From the human T2T-CHM13v2.0 reference genome, Homo sapiens: a stretch of 64,000 bases of DNA. This document shows, in pieces, positions 44,894 through 60,794 of this stretch. Position 1 is the first letter of the stretch. Every line of letters begins with the position of its first letter. The stretch lies in assembly GCF_009914755.1 (NCBI RefSeq), contig NC_060925.1; one strand, 5' to 3'. A program made the translations under genes and the position numbers. Under the pieces are notes generated by a model, which worked only from the letters and a program-made list of their open reading frames with translations, was not told where the DNA came from and made no database searches.

Positions 44894-45875
44894 CCTCTGC
44901 TAAGGAAACCCAAGAAATTCAAGATAACACAGAGAAGAAATTCAGAATTCCATCAAATAAATTTAACAATGAGATTGAAATAATTAAAAAGAATCAAGCA
45001 GAAATTCTGGAGCTGAAAAATGCAAAAAGCGTACTGAAGAAGGCATCAGAGTCCTTTAATGGCAGAATTGATCAAGCAGAAGAATTAGTGAGATTGAAGA
45101 CAGGTTATTTGAAAATACACAGAGGAGACAAAAAAAGAATAAAAAACATGAAGCACACCTATAGGATCTAGGAAATGGGCTGGAAAGGGCAAATCTAAGT
45201 TATTGGTCTTAAAGAAGAAGTAGAGAAAGAGATAGGGGTAGAAAGTTTATTCAAAGGGCTAATAACAGAGACCTTCCCAAACCTAGAGAAAGATATCAAT
45301 ATCCAAATACAAGACGATTATAGAAAACATTAAACAGATTTAATCCAAAGAAGACCACCTCAAGGCATTTAATAATCTAACTCTCAAAGGTCAAGGATAA
45401 AGAAAGAATTCTAAAAGCAGCAAGAGTAAAGAAGCAAATAAACAATGGAGCTCCAATACATCTAGCAACAGACTTTTCAATGGGAACTTTACAGGCCAGG
45501 AGAGAGTGTCATTACATATTTAAAGTGGTGAAGGAAAAAAAGACTGTTACCCTATAATAGTATATTTAGTTAAAATATCCTTCAAACATCAAGGAGAAAT
45601 AAAGACTTTCCCAGACAAACAGAAGCTGAGAAATTTCATCAACACCAGACCTGTTCTATGAGAAATGTTAAAGGGAGTACTTCAATCAGAAAGAAAAAGA
45701 CATTAATGAGCAACAAATAATCACCTGAAGGTACAAAACTCACTGGTAATAGTAAGTACACAGAAAAACACAGGATATTATAACACTGTAACTGTGGCGT
45801 ATAGAGAAATGCAAATCAAAACCACAATGTGGTACCATCTCACACCAGTCAGAATGGCTACTAAGAAGTCAAAAT

Positions 45876-46233
<358 letters not shown>

Positions 46234-49200
46234 CTATATGCCAATAAACTGAAAACTCTAGAAGAAACAGAAAAATAACCAGATATATACAATCTACCAA
46301 GATTGAACCAGGAAGAAATTCAAAACCTAAAGAGACCAATAACAAGTAATGAGATCAAAGCCATAATAAAGACTCCCAGTAAAGAAAAGTCCAAAAAATA
46401 GAGGAGGAGGGACTACTTCCAAACTCATTCTACGAGGCCAGTATTACCCTGATACCAAAACCAGACAATGACACATCAAAATAAATAAATAAATAAAACT
46501 ACAGGTCAATATCTCTGATAAATATTGATGCAAAACTTGTCAACAAAATACTAGCAAACTGAATTCAGCAATACATTAGAAAGATCATTCATTATGACCG
46601 AGTGGGATATATCCCTGGGATGCAAGGATGGTTCAACATAAGCAAATCAATCAATGTGATATGTGATATCAAAAGAATGAAAGATAAAAACCATACAATC
46701 ATGTCCATTGATGTTGTAAAAGCATTTGATAAAACTCAACATACCTTCATGATGAAAACTCTCAAAAAACTGAATATAGAAGTAACATACCTCAACATAA
46801 TAAAAGCATATTTGACAAATATGACAGACCCACAGCTAGTATCATACTGAATGGGGAAAAACTAAAAGCCTTTCCTCTGAGATCTGAAACATGACGAGGG
46901 TGCCCATTATCACTACTGTTGTTCAACATAATAATGGAAGTCCTAGCTAGAACAATCAGACAAGAGAAAGATATAAAGGGCATCCAAATTGAAAAGGAAG
47001 AAGTCAAATTATCCTTGTTTACAGATGATATGATTTTATATTTGGAAAACCCTAAAGACTCCACTGAAAGACTCTTAGAACTGATAAATTCAGTAAAGTT
47101 GCAGGATACGAAATCATACAAATATCAGTGGTATTTCTATATGCCAACAGTGAACAATCTTAAAAAGAAATTTTAAAAAGTTATCCCATTTACAATAGCC
47201 ACAAATAAAATAAAATACCTAAGAATTAACAAAAGAAATGAAGATCTCTACAATGAAAACTATGAAACACTGATGAAATAATTTGAAAAAGACCAAAAAA
47301 AAAAATGGGAAGCTATTCCATGTTCATGGAATTGGAAGAATTAACATTGTTAAAATGTCCACACTACCTAAAGCAATCTACAGATTCAATGCAATCCCTA
47401 TCAAAATACCAATGTTGTTCTTCAAAGAATAGAAATAGAAAAAACAATTCTAGAATTTATATGGAACCACAAAAAACTCAGAATAGCCAAAACCATCCTA
47501 AGCAAAAAGAACAAAACTGAAAAAATCACATTAACTGACTTCAAATTATACTACAGAGCTATAGTAACCCAAATATCATGGTACTGACATAAAAACAGAC
47601 ACATAGACCAATGGAACAGAATAGAGAACCCAGAAAAAATCCACACACCTACAGCGAACCCATTTTCAACAAAAGTGCAAACAAGATACACTGGGGAAAA
47701 GACAGCCTCTTTAATAAATGGTGCTGGGAAAACTAGATGTCTATATGCAGAAGAATGAAACTAGACCCCCTATCTCCAGCCATATACAAAAATAAAATAA
47801 AAATGGATTAAAGTCTTAAATCTAAGACCTCAAACTATGAAACTACTACAAGAAAACATGGGAGAAAATCTCTAGGACATTGGTCTGGGCAAAAATTTCT
47901 TGAGCAATGCCCCACAAACATAGGCAATCAAAGCAAAAACGGACAAACAGGATCATATCAAGTTAAAAACCTTCTGCACAGCAAATAAAACAATCAACAA
48001 AGTGAAGAGACAACCCACAGAATGGGAGAAAATATTTGCAAACTACCAATCTGACAAGGGATTAATAACCAGAACACCTAAGGAACTCAAACAACTCTAC
48101 AGGAAGAAATCTAATAATCCAGCTACAAAATGGGCAAAAGATCTGAATAGATATTTCTTAAAAGAAGACATACAAATGGAAAATAAGCATATGAAAAGGT
48201 GTTCAACATCACTGATCATCAGAGAAATGTCATCAAAACTACAATGAGATATCATCTTATCCCAGTTAAAATGGCTCTTATCCAAAAGACAGGCAATAAA
48301 AAATGCTGGTGAGGATGTGGAGAACAGGGGACCCTTGTACACTGTTGTTAGGAATGTAAATTAAAACAACCACTATGGAGAACAGTTTGAAGGTTTCTCA
48401 CAGAACTAAAAATGATCCAGCAATCCCACTGCAGGGTATATACCCAAATAAAAGGGAATCAGTATATTGAAGAGATATCTGCACTCCTATGTTTGTTGCA
48501 GCACTGTTTACAATAGCTAAGATTTGAAAGCAACCTAAATGTCCATCAACAGATGAATAAAGAAAATGTGGTACATATACACAATGAAGTACCATTAAGC
48601 CATAAAAAAGAATGAGATCCAGTCATTTGCAACAACAGGGATGGAACTGGAGATCATTATGTTAAGTGAAATAAGCTAGGCAAAGAAAGACAAACATCAC
48701 ATGTTCTCACTTATCTGTGGGTTCTAAAAAATGAAAAAAAATTGAACTCATGGACATGGAGAGTAGAAAGATGGTTATCAGAAGTTGGGAAGAGTAGTGG
48801 GAGGCTGTAGGGAAGGTGGGGGTGAATAACAGGTACAAAAAAAATAAAATTAAAAAGAATGACTAAGACCTAATATTTGATAGCAGAGTAGGGTGACTGT
48901 AGCCAATAATAACTTAATTGTACATTTTAAAATAACTTAAAGAGTGTAACTGCATTGTTTGTAACAAAAGGATATCAAAAGGATAAATGTATCAAAAGGA
49001 TAAATGCTTGAGGGGACAGAGCACATTCACCATGATATGCTTATTTCACATTGCATGCCTGTATCAAACTATCTCATGAACCCCATAAATATATATATCT
49101 ACTATGTACCCATAAACATTTAATATTTAAAAAAAAAAGAAATTTGCCAAGATCACACAGCTTATAAACAGAGGTGAACCCAGGCAGCTTGACTCCAGAT

Positions 49201-49804
49201 CTGCTCTTAGACACTCTCCTTAACTGTGGCAAGAAGGGATGGAAACTCCCTTCTGAGAGACACTGGACTAAGCAGCCTATATAAGCTGCAGTGTTTGCTC
49301 GATTTCTAGAAACAGCAACTATATTCTTTCAATTTAACCCCCTATTAAGACAAATCAGGTTTTAAAAACCAACACAACCACAACAATAAAAATCAGGACA
49401 TACTTATCAGACTTGTAATTCTAACAGTGCACTGAAAAAAATGTACATTGCATTTTTGTAATGCTGTATTTTAGGAAAAATTACTTCACAATAGGCAGCA
49501 AAATATTTTTGTTCATACAAAAGTGCTCCCTTCTTTAAATCATACTAAATGGATTCCATAATGCATGATGGAGAAATATCTTAAACTAACTAGAAGTCTT
49601 ATTTTCATGATTTGCATGTTGAAGGGTCAGTAACTAGTCAATCTATTTCAAGCCAAGTATCTGCTTCTGTTTGACTTCAAAGACATTCTGGAGTAAATTA
49701 TGTAGATGATAAAGGTTACAGTTCAACAAGCTTCTAAAGTTTAGTCTGAGTCTCCATGAACCCACATTCACCTTGAATGACATTATAATAGAAATCAACA
49801 GCAT

Positions 49805-51294
49805 GAGTAATCAAAACAGCATGGTATGGGTAGCAAAACAGACACATACACCAATGGAGCAGAATAGAGACCTCACAAATAATACCACACATCTACAACC
49901 ATCTCATCTTTGACAAACCTGACAAAAACAAGCAATGGGGAAAGGATCTCCTATTCAGTAAATGGTGCTGGGCAAACTGACTAGCCATATGCAGAAAAAT
50001 GAAACTGGAACGCTTCCTTACACTTTATAGAAAAATTAACTCAAGATGGATTAAAGACTTAAATGTAAAACCCAAAACCATAAAAACCCTGGAGGAAAAC
50101 CTACACAATACCATTCAGGACATAGGAATGGGCAAAGACTTCATGACAAAAAGGCCGAATGCGATTGCAACAAAAGCAAAAATTGACAATAGGATCTAAT
50201 TAATTAAACTAAAGAGCTTCTGCACAGCAAAAGAAACTATCATCAGAGTGAACAGGCAACCTATAGAATGGGAGAAAATTTTTGCAATCTACCCATCTGA
50301 AAAGGTCTAATATCCAGAATTTACAAGGAACTTAAACATATTTATAAGAAAAAAACAAACAACCCCATCCAAAAGTGGGCAAAGGATATGAACAGACACT
50401 TCTCAAAAGAAGACATTTATGTGGCCAACAAACATGAAAAAAAGCTCAACATCACTAATCATCAGAGAAATGCAAATCCAAACCACAATGAGATACCATC
50501 TCACACCAGTTAGAATGACGATTAAAAAGTAGGAAACAAGGTGCTGGCGAGGCTGTGGAGAAATAGGAATGCTTTTACGTTGTTGGTGGGAATGTAAATT
50601 AGTTCAGCCATTGTGGAAGACAGTATGGTGATTCCTCAAGGATTTAGAACCAGAAATACCATTTGACCCAGTAATCCCATTACTGGGTATATACCCAAAG
50701 GAATATAAATTATTCTACTATAAAGACACATGCACACATATGTTTTCTGCAGCACTATTTACAATAGCAAAGACATGGAACCAACCCAAATGCCCATCAA
50801 TGATAGACTGGATAAAGAAAATGTGGTACATATACACCATGGAATACTATGCAGCCATAACAAGGAATGAGATCATGTCCTTTGCAGGGACATGGATGAA
50901 GCTGGAAGCCATCATCTTCAGCAAACTAGCACACGAACAGAAAACCAAATACTACACATTCTCACTCATAAGTGGGAGGTGAACAATGAGAACACATAGA
51001 GAGGGGAACAACACATACCAGGGCCTGTTGTGGGGTGGGGGATGAGGGAAGGGAACTTAGGGGACGAGTCAATAGGTGCAGCAAATCACCATGGCACATG
51101 TGTACCTATGTAACAAACCTGCACGTTCTGCACATGTATCCTGATTTTTTTAGAAGAAATATATATAATATATATGTTTATATATTTTATATATATTAAA
51201 TAAATAATATATATTTAATATATACTTTTATATATTAAATATATATTTATATATATGTTTCAGAAGAGATATATATATATACATATATATAGAA
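49805..51294 (+). mobile_element. 5'-truncated L1PA whose tail has become an AT microsatellite (~51150-51294)
   Basis: ORF2 remnants (49999, 50740); 15-bp TSD agaaatcaaca(g/c)cat at 49790-49804 and 51295-51309. Confidence 0.94.
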
Positions 51295-51414
51295 AGAAAT
51301 CAACACCATCTAAGAACCTGCTCCCTCAAGCCAGCTGCTTCCAGTAAGGGTGAGTGAAAAGTGGCTTCTAAACAAGGAAATTTTCACTTTGCCTTGAACA
51401 TTCTGAGAACATAG

Positions 51415-53121
51415 TGTGTCCGGAATTGGTGGGTTCTTGGTCTCACCGACTTCAAGAATGAAGCCGTGGACCCTCGCAGTGAGTGTTACAGCTCTTAAGG
51501 TGGCGCATCCGGAGTCTGTCCCTTCTGATGTTCAGATGTGTTCGGAGTTTCTTCCTTCTGGTGGGTTCGTGGTCTCGCTGGCTCAGGAGTGAAGCTGCAG
51601 ACCTTTGCGGTGAGTGTTACAGCTCTTAAGACAGCGCGTCCGGAGTTGTTCGTTCCTCCCGGTGGGCTCGTGGTCCCGCTGGGCTCAGGAGTGAAGCTGC
51701 AGATCTTCGCGGTGAGTGTTACAGCTCATAAAAGCAGCATGGACCCAAAGAGTTAGCAGTAGCAAGATTTATTGCAAAGAGCGAAAGAACAAAGCTTCCA
51801 CAGTGTGGAAGGGGACCTTCCCTTCCACAGCTAGCTCAGGCAGCCTGCTTTTATTCTCTTATCTGGCCCCACCCACATCCTGCTGATTGGTAGAGCCGAG
51901 TGGCCTGTTTTGTCAGGGCACTGATTGGTGTGTTTACAATCCCTGAGCTAGATACAAAGGTTCTTCACGTCCCCATCAGATTAGTTAGATACAGAGTTTG
52001 GACACACAGGTTCTCCAAGTCCCCACCAGAGCAGCTAGATACAGAGTGTCGATTGGTGCATTCACAAACCTTGAGCTAAACACAGGGTGCTGATTGGTGT
52101 GTTTACAAACCTTGAGCTAGATACAGAGTGCCGACTGGTGTATTTACAATCCCTTAGCTAGACATAAAGGTTCTCCAAGGCCCCACAAGAGCAGCTAGAT
52201 ACAGAGTGTCCATTGGTGCAATCGCAAACCTTAAGCTAAACACTGGGTGCTGATTGGTGTATTTAAATCCCTGAGCTAGACATAAAGATTCTCCAAGGCC
52301 CCACCAGAGCAGCTAGATACAGAGTGTCGATTGGTGCACTCACAAACCTTGAGCTAGACACAGGGTGCTGATTGGTGTGTTTACAAACCTTGAGCTAGAT
52401 ACAGAGTGCCGATTGGTGTATTTACAATCCCTGAGCTAGACATAAAGGTCCTCCAAGGCCCCACCAGACTCAGGAACCCAGCTGGCTTCACCCAGTGGAT
52501 CCCGCACCGGGGCTGCAGGTGGAGCTGCCTGCCAGTCCCAGTGCCGTGTGCCCGCACTCCTCAGCCCTTGGGTGGTCGATGGGACTGGGCGCCATGGAGC
52601 AGGGGGCGGCGCTTGTAGGGGAGGCTCGGGCTGCACAGGAACCCACGGAGTGGGTGGGAGGCTCAGGCATGGCGGGCTGCAGGTCCCGAGCCGTGCCCCG
52701 TGGGAAGGCAGCTAAGGCACGCGGTGAGAAATCGAGCGCAGCGCCGGTGGGCTGGCACTGCTGGGGGACCCAGTACACCCTCCGCAGCTGCTGGCCCGGG
52801 TGCTAAGTCCCTCATTGCCCAGGGCCAGCAGGGCTGGCCGACTGCTCCCAGTGCAGGGCCCGCCAAGCCCACGCCCACCCGGAACTCCAGCTGGCCCGCA
52901 AGCGCCGCACACAGCCCTGGTTCCCGCTCACGCCTCTCCCTCCACACCTCCCTGCAAGCTGAGGGAGTGGGCTCTGGCCTTGGCCAGCCCAGAAAGGAGC
53001 TCCCACAGCGCAGCGGTGGGCTGAAGGGCTCCTCAAGTGCCGCCAAAGTGGGAGCCCATGCAGAGGAGGTGCCAAGAGCGACTGAGGACTGTGAGGACTG
53101 CCAGCATGCTGTCACCTCTCA
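51415..53121 (-). mobile_element. LTR12C (ERV9) solo LTR, 1707 bp, same orientation as NME7
   Basis: Minus strand starts TGAGAGGTGACAGCATGCTGGCAGTCCTC and ends ACCAATTCCGGACACA; perfect 4-bp TSD ATAG (51411-14, 53122-25); GC-rich 5' U3, ~40-bp enhancer repeats, three U5 repeats. Confidence 0.95.
51845..52470 (-). promoter_or_regulatory. ERV9 U3 enhancer/promoter: nine CCAAT boxes, GATA motifs, GC-type box, AATAAA TATA-equivalent
   Basis: ATTGG occurs nine times between 51880 and 52420; minus strand reads GGGTGGGGCCAGATAAGAGAATAAAAGCAGGC (AATAAA at 51850-51855). Activity is not shown by sequence. Confidence 0.75.
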
Positions 53122-55136
53122 ATAGCAGATCATTAAAAATGTATTATCTACACAGTAGGCAAACAAGCATAGTAATTCACATTGCTTTACTTAGATGTCA
53201 CAGTGATAAGTACAATAGAAATAAAAACACAAGGAAAAGGTTTATATTATCCCATTGTCAGAGGCTAGATTTTAAGCACTAACTTGTTTTGTACCTATCC
53301 TTTATCAAATAGTCTTCCTCCAGGGCTTCCTTCAAAGACCAAGAAATTTTCTTACATTGAATAGTGTCAAATATTAACCTTACTTTAGTGTGACCATAAC
53401 CAGTTTTGAGCCTGTCCAGGTTGTTCACAGAGACCTATTCCTTCTTCATAAATCTATCTTGTAAAGACAGACAGAAGGCAAACTCAAGTAAAAAGGGTCT
53501 TCACGTGTGAAGAATCTAATTTGTCAACTCCAACTTAGCATTTCTCATTAATAAAGGAAAACAAATTATAACAGAAGGAAAAGTTAGGTGAATCATTAAA
53601 TTTAGTTAGCTATCCTATTTCACTTAAATTCTTTAAACACTAAGTATACCATTGCAATCACTTTTTGCTTTTAAAAAATTACAGTTTAAAATTTCTTTTG
53701 AAAAAATATTTTCAACAGAATTCCACATATTTCCAAGATTGTGTTTTTTAATGTTACTTCAAGACAATATCTCAGAAATAGAATGCATTGTTTTTGTGTT
53801 TACAGAAAAAAGTCAGTGATGCAATGAACAGAACACAAACACCTGTATTTCCCCAACTGTGATGTTTAAGATGCACTTTCAACTTAACTCCTGCTAAATT
53901 TTGTTAGTGAAAAATGCCAGAAAAGAACCATTTCCACAGTATGAATATATAGCAGGAAGCTGGTCAAACAAGATGGAATCGTTTAAAAAGGCACACATCC
54001 AGTTTCAGGGGAGAAACAGCTTTTTAAACTTCTTCACCTTGGGCCCCATAATCTTGAAAATTTTTGCTCTCTGACTTCTGCAGATCACTGCCCAGTGAAA
54101 AAACAATGCCACACACCATCTATCAAGGGAAACCTCTCTAAAAAGGTTGAACTTTCCTTTAGACATCTCAAAGAAAACACAGTTATTATGAAGTCTTCCC
54201 AGACCAACCCCAGCCAATGTATATTTCTGTTACTTGGAATTTGATTTTCACAGAATTTCAGAGATCAAAGGAACATTAACAATGAGGAAACAGAAGGTCA
54301 GATAAGTTAAATGACTTGGCAAAAATGATGTTGACTTGTTAAGTGGCATAGTTTAACAAGGACCCTTGTTTCTTCACGGGCAGACTGATGTTCCCACAGT
54401 AGAACACTGGGTTGTCGTCTAATTTTGTATTATACAATACAAATTGTCTCTCTAATAAAATTATGAAATTCTCAAAGAAGCTGTAACATTTATTTCTCTT
54501 GAAACTTCAAGGTGGCTCTCCTAGTTCTGGGACCATAAAATACTCAAATAAATATTTACCAAAATAAAGATCTAAAGGAGTAAATAAATGTGCACAGCAA
54601 TAGATCTTGACAAAATGGCAAAAATCCACTCTTCCATATTCAAAAAACTCCCCCCCAAACTCTAATATTTGTTTGTAAGTCTGTTTACTTATATTTCCAG
54701 AAAGATTCTCAAAGAGGACATCTTTTCTTACTTTTTTGGTAAGTATGGGCTTCTCTGACTACCATCTTAAAAGAATATACTTGATAAAGTATTAAGTAAC
54801 TCCAGGACATGAGTTACCCATGAGAGATCACTTGCCAACAATTAACTGAACCACAATATTCCAAAAAGAGAGATGGCTCTTAATCAATAAATAAATTCTG
54901 GGTCTAATTATAATGGCATGAAAATATTTAAGCAATTATAAACTACTCAATGTTAAGATAGAAAATTGACTTTATTATTGAGCTAGAAATCAAATGATAA
55001 CACAGAAAATAACAATATAAATGCTAACCTTGAGTTTTTCCAAAAAAGCAACTGTTGTCAAGGTCACAAACACACTGAGCCAAGTCTTGTTATTCCTTTA
55101 TCCCATAGCTATTGTACTACTTGGTCTGAAAGTGGA

Positions 55137-55609
55137 TGTGCTAGACATTTTCCATTTGTCATTTTCCATTTGTCTCTCCAGACCTTCACTCTGCTCTTCT
55201 CCATCCTGTTCTAAGCCTGGTCAGCTGACCTCCATGAACTTCATCAAAGGACCCCCTTGCCCTTGGACTTTTACATGGGTTTGGCCAGTAGAAGCCAGTG
55301 GCTACAAATCAAAGGAAGAACAGAGAGGCCAAGATATTTATTCTACTTCCTCCTCCTTGCCAGATCACATTGGTTAAGTTTCTCCTCTGCAATGAAGACC
55401 ACAGCTCATGTCAGACAGCCTTTCCATTACAGCTGCTCTCTGGTAGTTCTCTCCATTTTCCCTGATAGGTCAAGAAGTAGTAAAGGCTTCCTGTTGTCAC
55501 TAACCCTGACTTCTGCTTCCTGTACCATCCCTTGTTAGTTTCTCTTACTCTGCCCATACCTTTGTAACTAGTCCCTTCAGTAAACTCTTCAGTTATTCCA
55601 TTTGAGTAT
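55137..55609 (+). mobile_element. LTR33-like ERVL LTR, interrupted by THE1; last ~30 bp resume near 58432-58461
   Basis: tgtgctagacattttccatttg...gggtttggcca...ctctgcccatacctttgtaactagtcccttcagtaaactc. Confidence 0.65.
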
Positions 55610-57955
55610 TGACATGGTTTGGCTCTGGGTCCCCAGCCAAATCTCCTCTTGAATTATAATCCCCATGTGTCAAGACAGGGGCCTGGTGGAAGGTGATTGG
55701 ATTACAGGGGCAGTTTCCCCCATGCTGTTCTTGTGATAGCGGGTTCTCACGAGATCTGATGGTTTTAAAAGTGGCAGTTTCCCCTGCACATTCTCTCTCC
55801 TGCCGCCTTGTGAGGAAGATGCCTGCTTCCCTTTTGCCTACTGCCATGATTGTTAACTTTCCTGAGGCCTCCACAGCCATGCAGAACTGTGAGTCAGTTA
55901 AACCTCTTACCTTCAAAAATTACCCAGTTTCAGGTATTCTTTACAGCAGTGTGAAAATGGACTAATTCAGAGAATTGGTACCAGCAGAGTGGGGTACTGC
56001 TATAAAGATAACCTGACAATGTGGAAGCATCTTTGGAACTGGGTAACAGGCAGGGGTTGGAAAAGTTTGGAAGGCTCAGAAGAAAAGAAGATGTGGGAAA
56101 GTTGTGGACTTCCTAAAGAATTGTTGAATGGTTTTGACCAAAATGCTGACAGTGATATGGACAATGAAGTCCAGGCTGAGGTGGTCTCAGATGAAGATGA
56201 GAAACTTAGTGGGAACTGGAGTGAAGGTCACTCATGCTATGCTTTAGCAAAGAGACTGGCGGCATTTTGCCTCTGCCTTAGAGATCTGTGGAGCTTTGAA
56301 CTCAAAAGATGATTTAGGGTATCTGGCAGAAGAAATTTCTAAGCAGAAAAGCATTCAAGAGGTGACCTGGCATTTTCTGAAAGCATTCAGTCAGATGTAT
56401 TCACAGAGATGGTTTGAGATTGGAACTTATGTAAAGGTTTGGAAAACTTGCAGCCTGGCCCTGTGGTAGAAAAGAAAAACCCATTTTCTAGGGAGGAATT
56501 CAAGCTGGCTGAAGAAATTTGCATAAAAAATGAGGAACGGAATGTTAATACCAAGACAATGGGGAAAATGCCTCCAGGCCGTGTCAGAGATCTTCGTGGC
56601 AGCCCCTCCTATCACAGACCTGGAAGGCTAGGAGAGAAAAATGGTTTTGTGGGCTAGGCCTGGGGCCCCACTGCTCTGTGTGGCCCTGGGGCGTGACACC
56701 CTAAGTCTCAGTCACTCCAGCTCAAGCCGAGGCTAAAAGGGGCCAAGATACAGCTTGGGGCATTGCTTTAAAGGGTGCAAGCCCCAAGCCTTGGCAGCCG
56801 ACACATGGTGTTGGGATTGCAGGTACGCAGAAGACAAGAGCTGAGCTTTGGGAGCCTCCACCTAGATTTCAGAGGATGTATGAAAACACCTGGATGTCCA
56901 GGCAAAAGTCTGCTGCTGGGGCAGAGCCCTCATGGAGAGCCTCTACTAGGGCAATGCAGAGGGAAAATGTGGGGTCAGGGTGCCCACACAGAGTCCCCAC
57001 TGGGGCACTGCCTGGTGGGGCTGTGAGAAGAGGGCCAATGTCCTCCAGACCCCAGAATGGTAGATCCACTCACAGCTTGCACCATGTGCCTGGAAAAGCC
57101 AGGGGCACTCGATGCCAGCCTTTGAAAGCAGCCATGGGGACTGTCCCCTACAGATCCACAGGGAAGGAGCTGCCAATGCCCTGGGAGCTCACCTCTTCCA
57201 TCAGCATGCCCTGGGTGTGAGACATGGAATCAGAGGAGACCATTCTGGAGCTTTAATGAATTAAAAAAAAATTTTTTTAACAAGTACCCTGCCAGGTTTT
57301 GGACTTGTATAGGGCCTGTGGCCTCTTTGGTTTGGCCAATTTCTCCCATTTCGAATGGGAACATTTACCCAATGCCTGTGCCCCCACTGTATCTTAGAAC
57401 TAACTAACTTGCTTTTGATTTTATAGGCTCACAGGTAGAAAAGACTTGCCTTGTCTCAGATGAGACTTTGGACTTGGACTCTTGAGCTAATGCTGGAATG
57501 AGTTAAGGCTTTGGGGGACTATTGGAAAGGCATGATTGGTTTTGAAATTTGAAAAGGACATGAGATTTGGGAGGGGCCAGGGGTGGAATAATATGGTTTG
57601 GCTCTGTATCCCCACCCAAATCTCATTTCGAATTGTAATCCCCACATGTTGAGGCAGGGACCTAGTGGGAGGTGACTGGATCATGGGGGCAGTTTCCCCC
57701 ATGCTGTTCTCATGATAGTGAGGGAGTCCTCATGAGATCTAATGGTTTTAAAAGTGGAAGCTTCCCCTGCACATTCTCTCTCTCCTGCCACCTTGTGAAA
57801 AAGATGCCTGCTTCCCCTTTGCCTTCTGGCATGATTGTAAGTTTCCTGAGGCCTCCGCAGCCATGTGGAACTGTGAGTCAATTAAACTTCTTTTCTTTAT
57901 AAATTACCCAGTCTCACGTAGTACCTTTATAGCAGTGTGAACATGGACTAATACA
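55610..57955 (+). mobile_element. Full-length THE1 (THE1C/D-like) MaLR: LTR 55610-55969, internal 55970-57588, LTR 57589-57955
   Basis: Two similar ~360-bp LTRs; internal MaLR ORF remnant (ORF 55989 ...FDQNADSDMDNEVQAEVVSD); polypurine tract before the 3' LTR; TSD agtat/agtac. Confidence 0.9.
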
Positions 57956-58430
57956 AGTACATATATATACTTGTATTAGTATATATATATATACAAGTAC
58001 ATATATATATAGTATATATATACAAGTACATATATATAGTATATATATATATACAAGTACATATATATAGTATATATATATATACAAGTACATATATATA
58101 GTATATATATATACAAGTACATATATATATAGTATATATACAAGTACATATATATATAGTATATATACAAGTACATATATATAGTATATATATATACAAG
58201 TACATATATATATAGTATATATATATACAAGTACATATATATAGTATATATACATATATACAAGTACATATATATAGTGTGTATATATATATACAAGTAC
58301 ATATATATAGTGTGTATATATATATACAAGTACATATATATACTTGTATTAGTATATATATATATATACAAGTACATATATATACTTGTATTAGTATATA
58401 TATATATATATATGCATATATATATATACA
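57951..58430. repeat. AT-rich minisatellite, ~27-43 bp unit ACAAGTAC(AT)nAGT(AT)n, 14 copies of caagtac
   Basis: Counted directly from the sequence. Confidence 0.95.
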
Positions 58431-58529
58431 TACCTGTGTCCAGCTAGGACTCAGAATGATCCTTTGGGATAGAGGTCCTTCCTGTCTCACATTGCCAGTT
58501 CCACACGATTTTTTGTTGGGGAGGGAATG

Positions 58530-60790
<2,261 letters not shown>

Positions 60791-60794
60791 TTCT

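Noticed and set aside
51880-52470. Regularly spaced ~40-bp repeats resembling a CRISPR array
   Set aside because: There are no unique spacers or cas genes; this is the normal ERV9 U3 enhancer repeat region in primate DNA.
52406-53282. Dense cluster of overlapping ORFs up to 150 aa
   Set aside because: Produced by the GC-rich, stop-poor LTR12C U3; no protein-family similarity recognised.
55989-57220. THE1 internal ORFs as a domesticated gene
   Set aside because: Short, in several frames and interrupted, as expected for a decayed MaLR interior.
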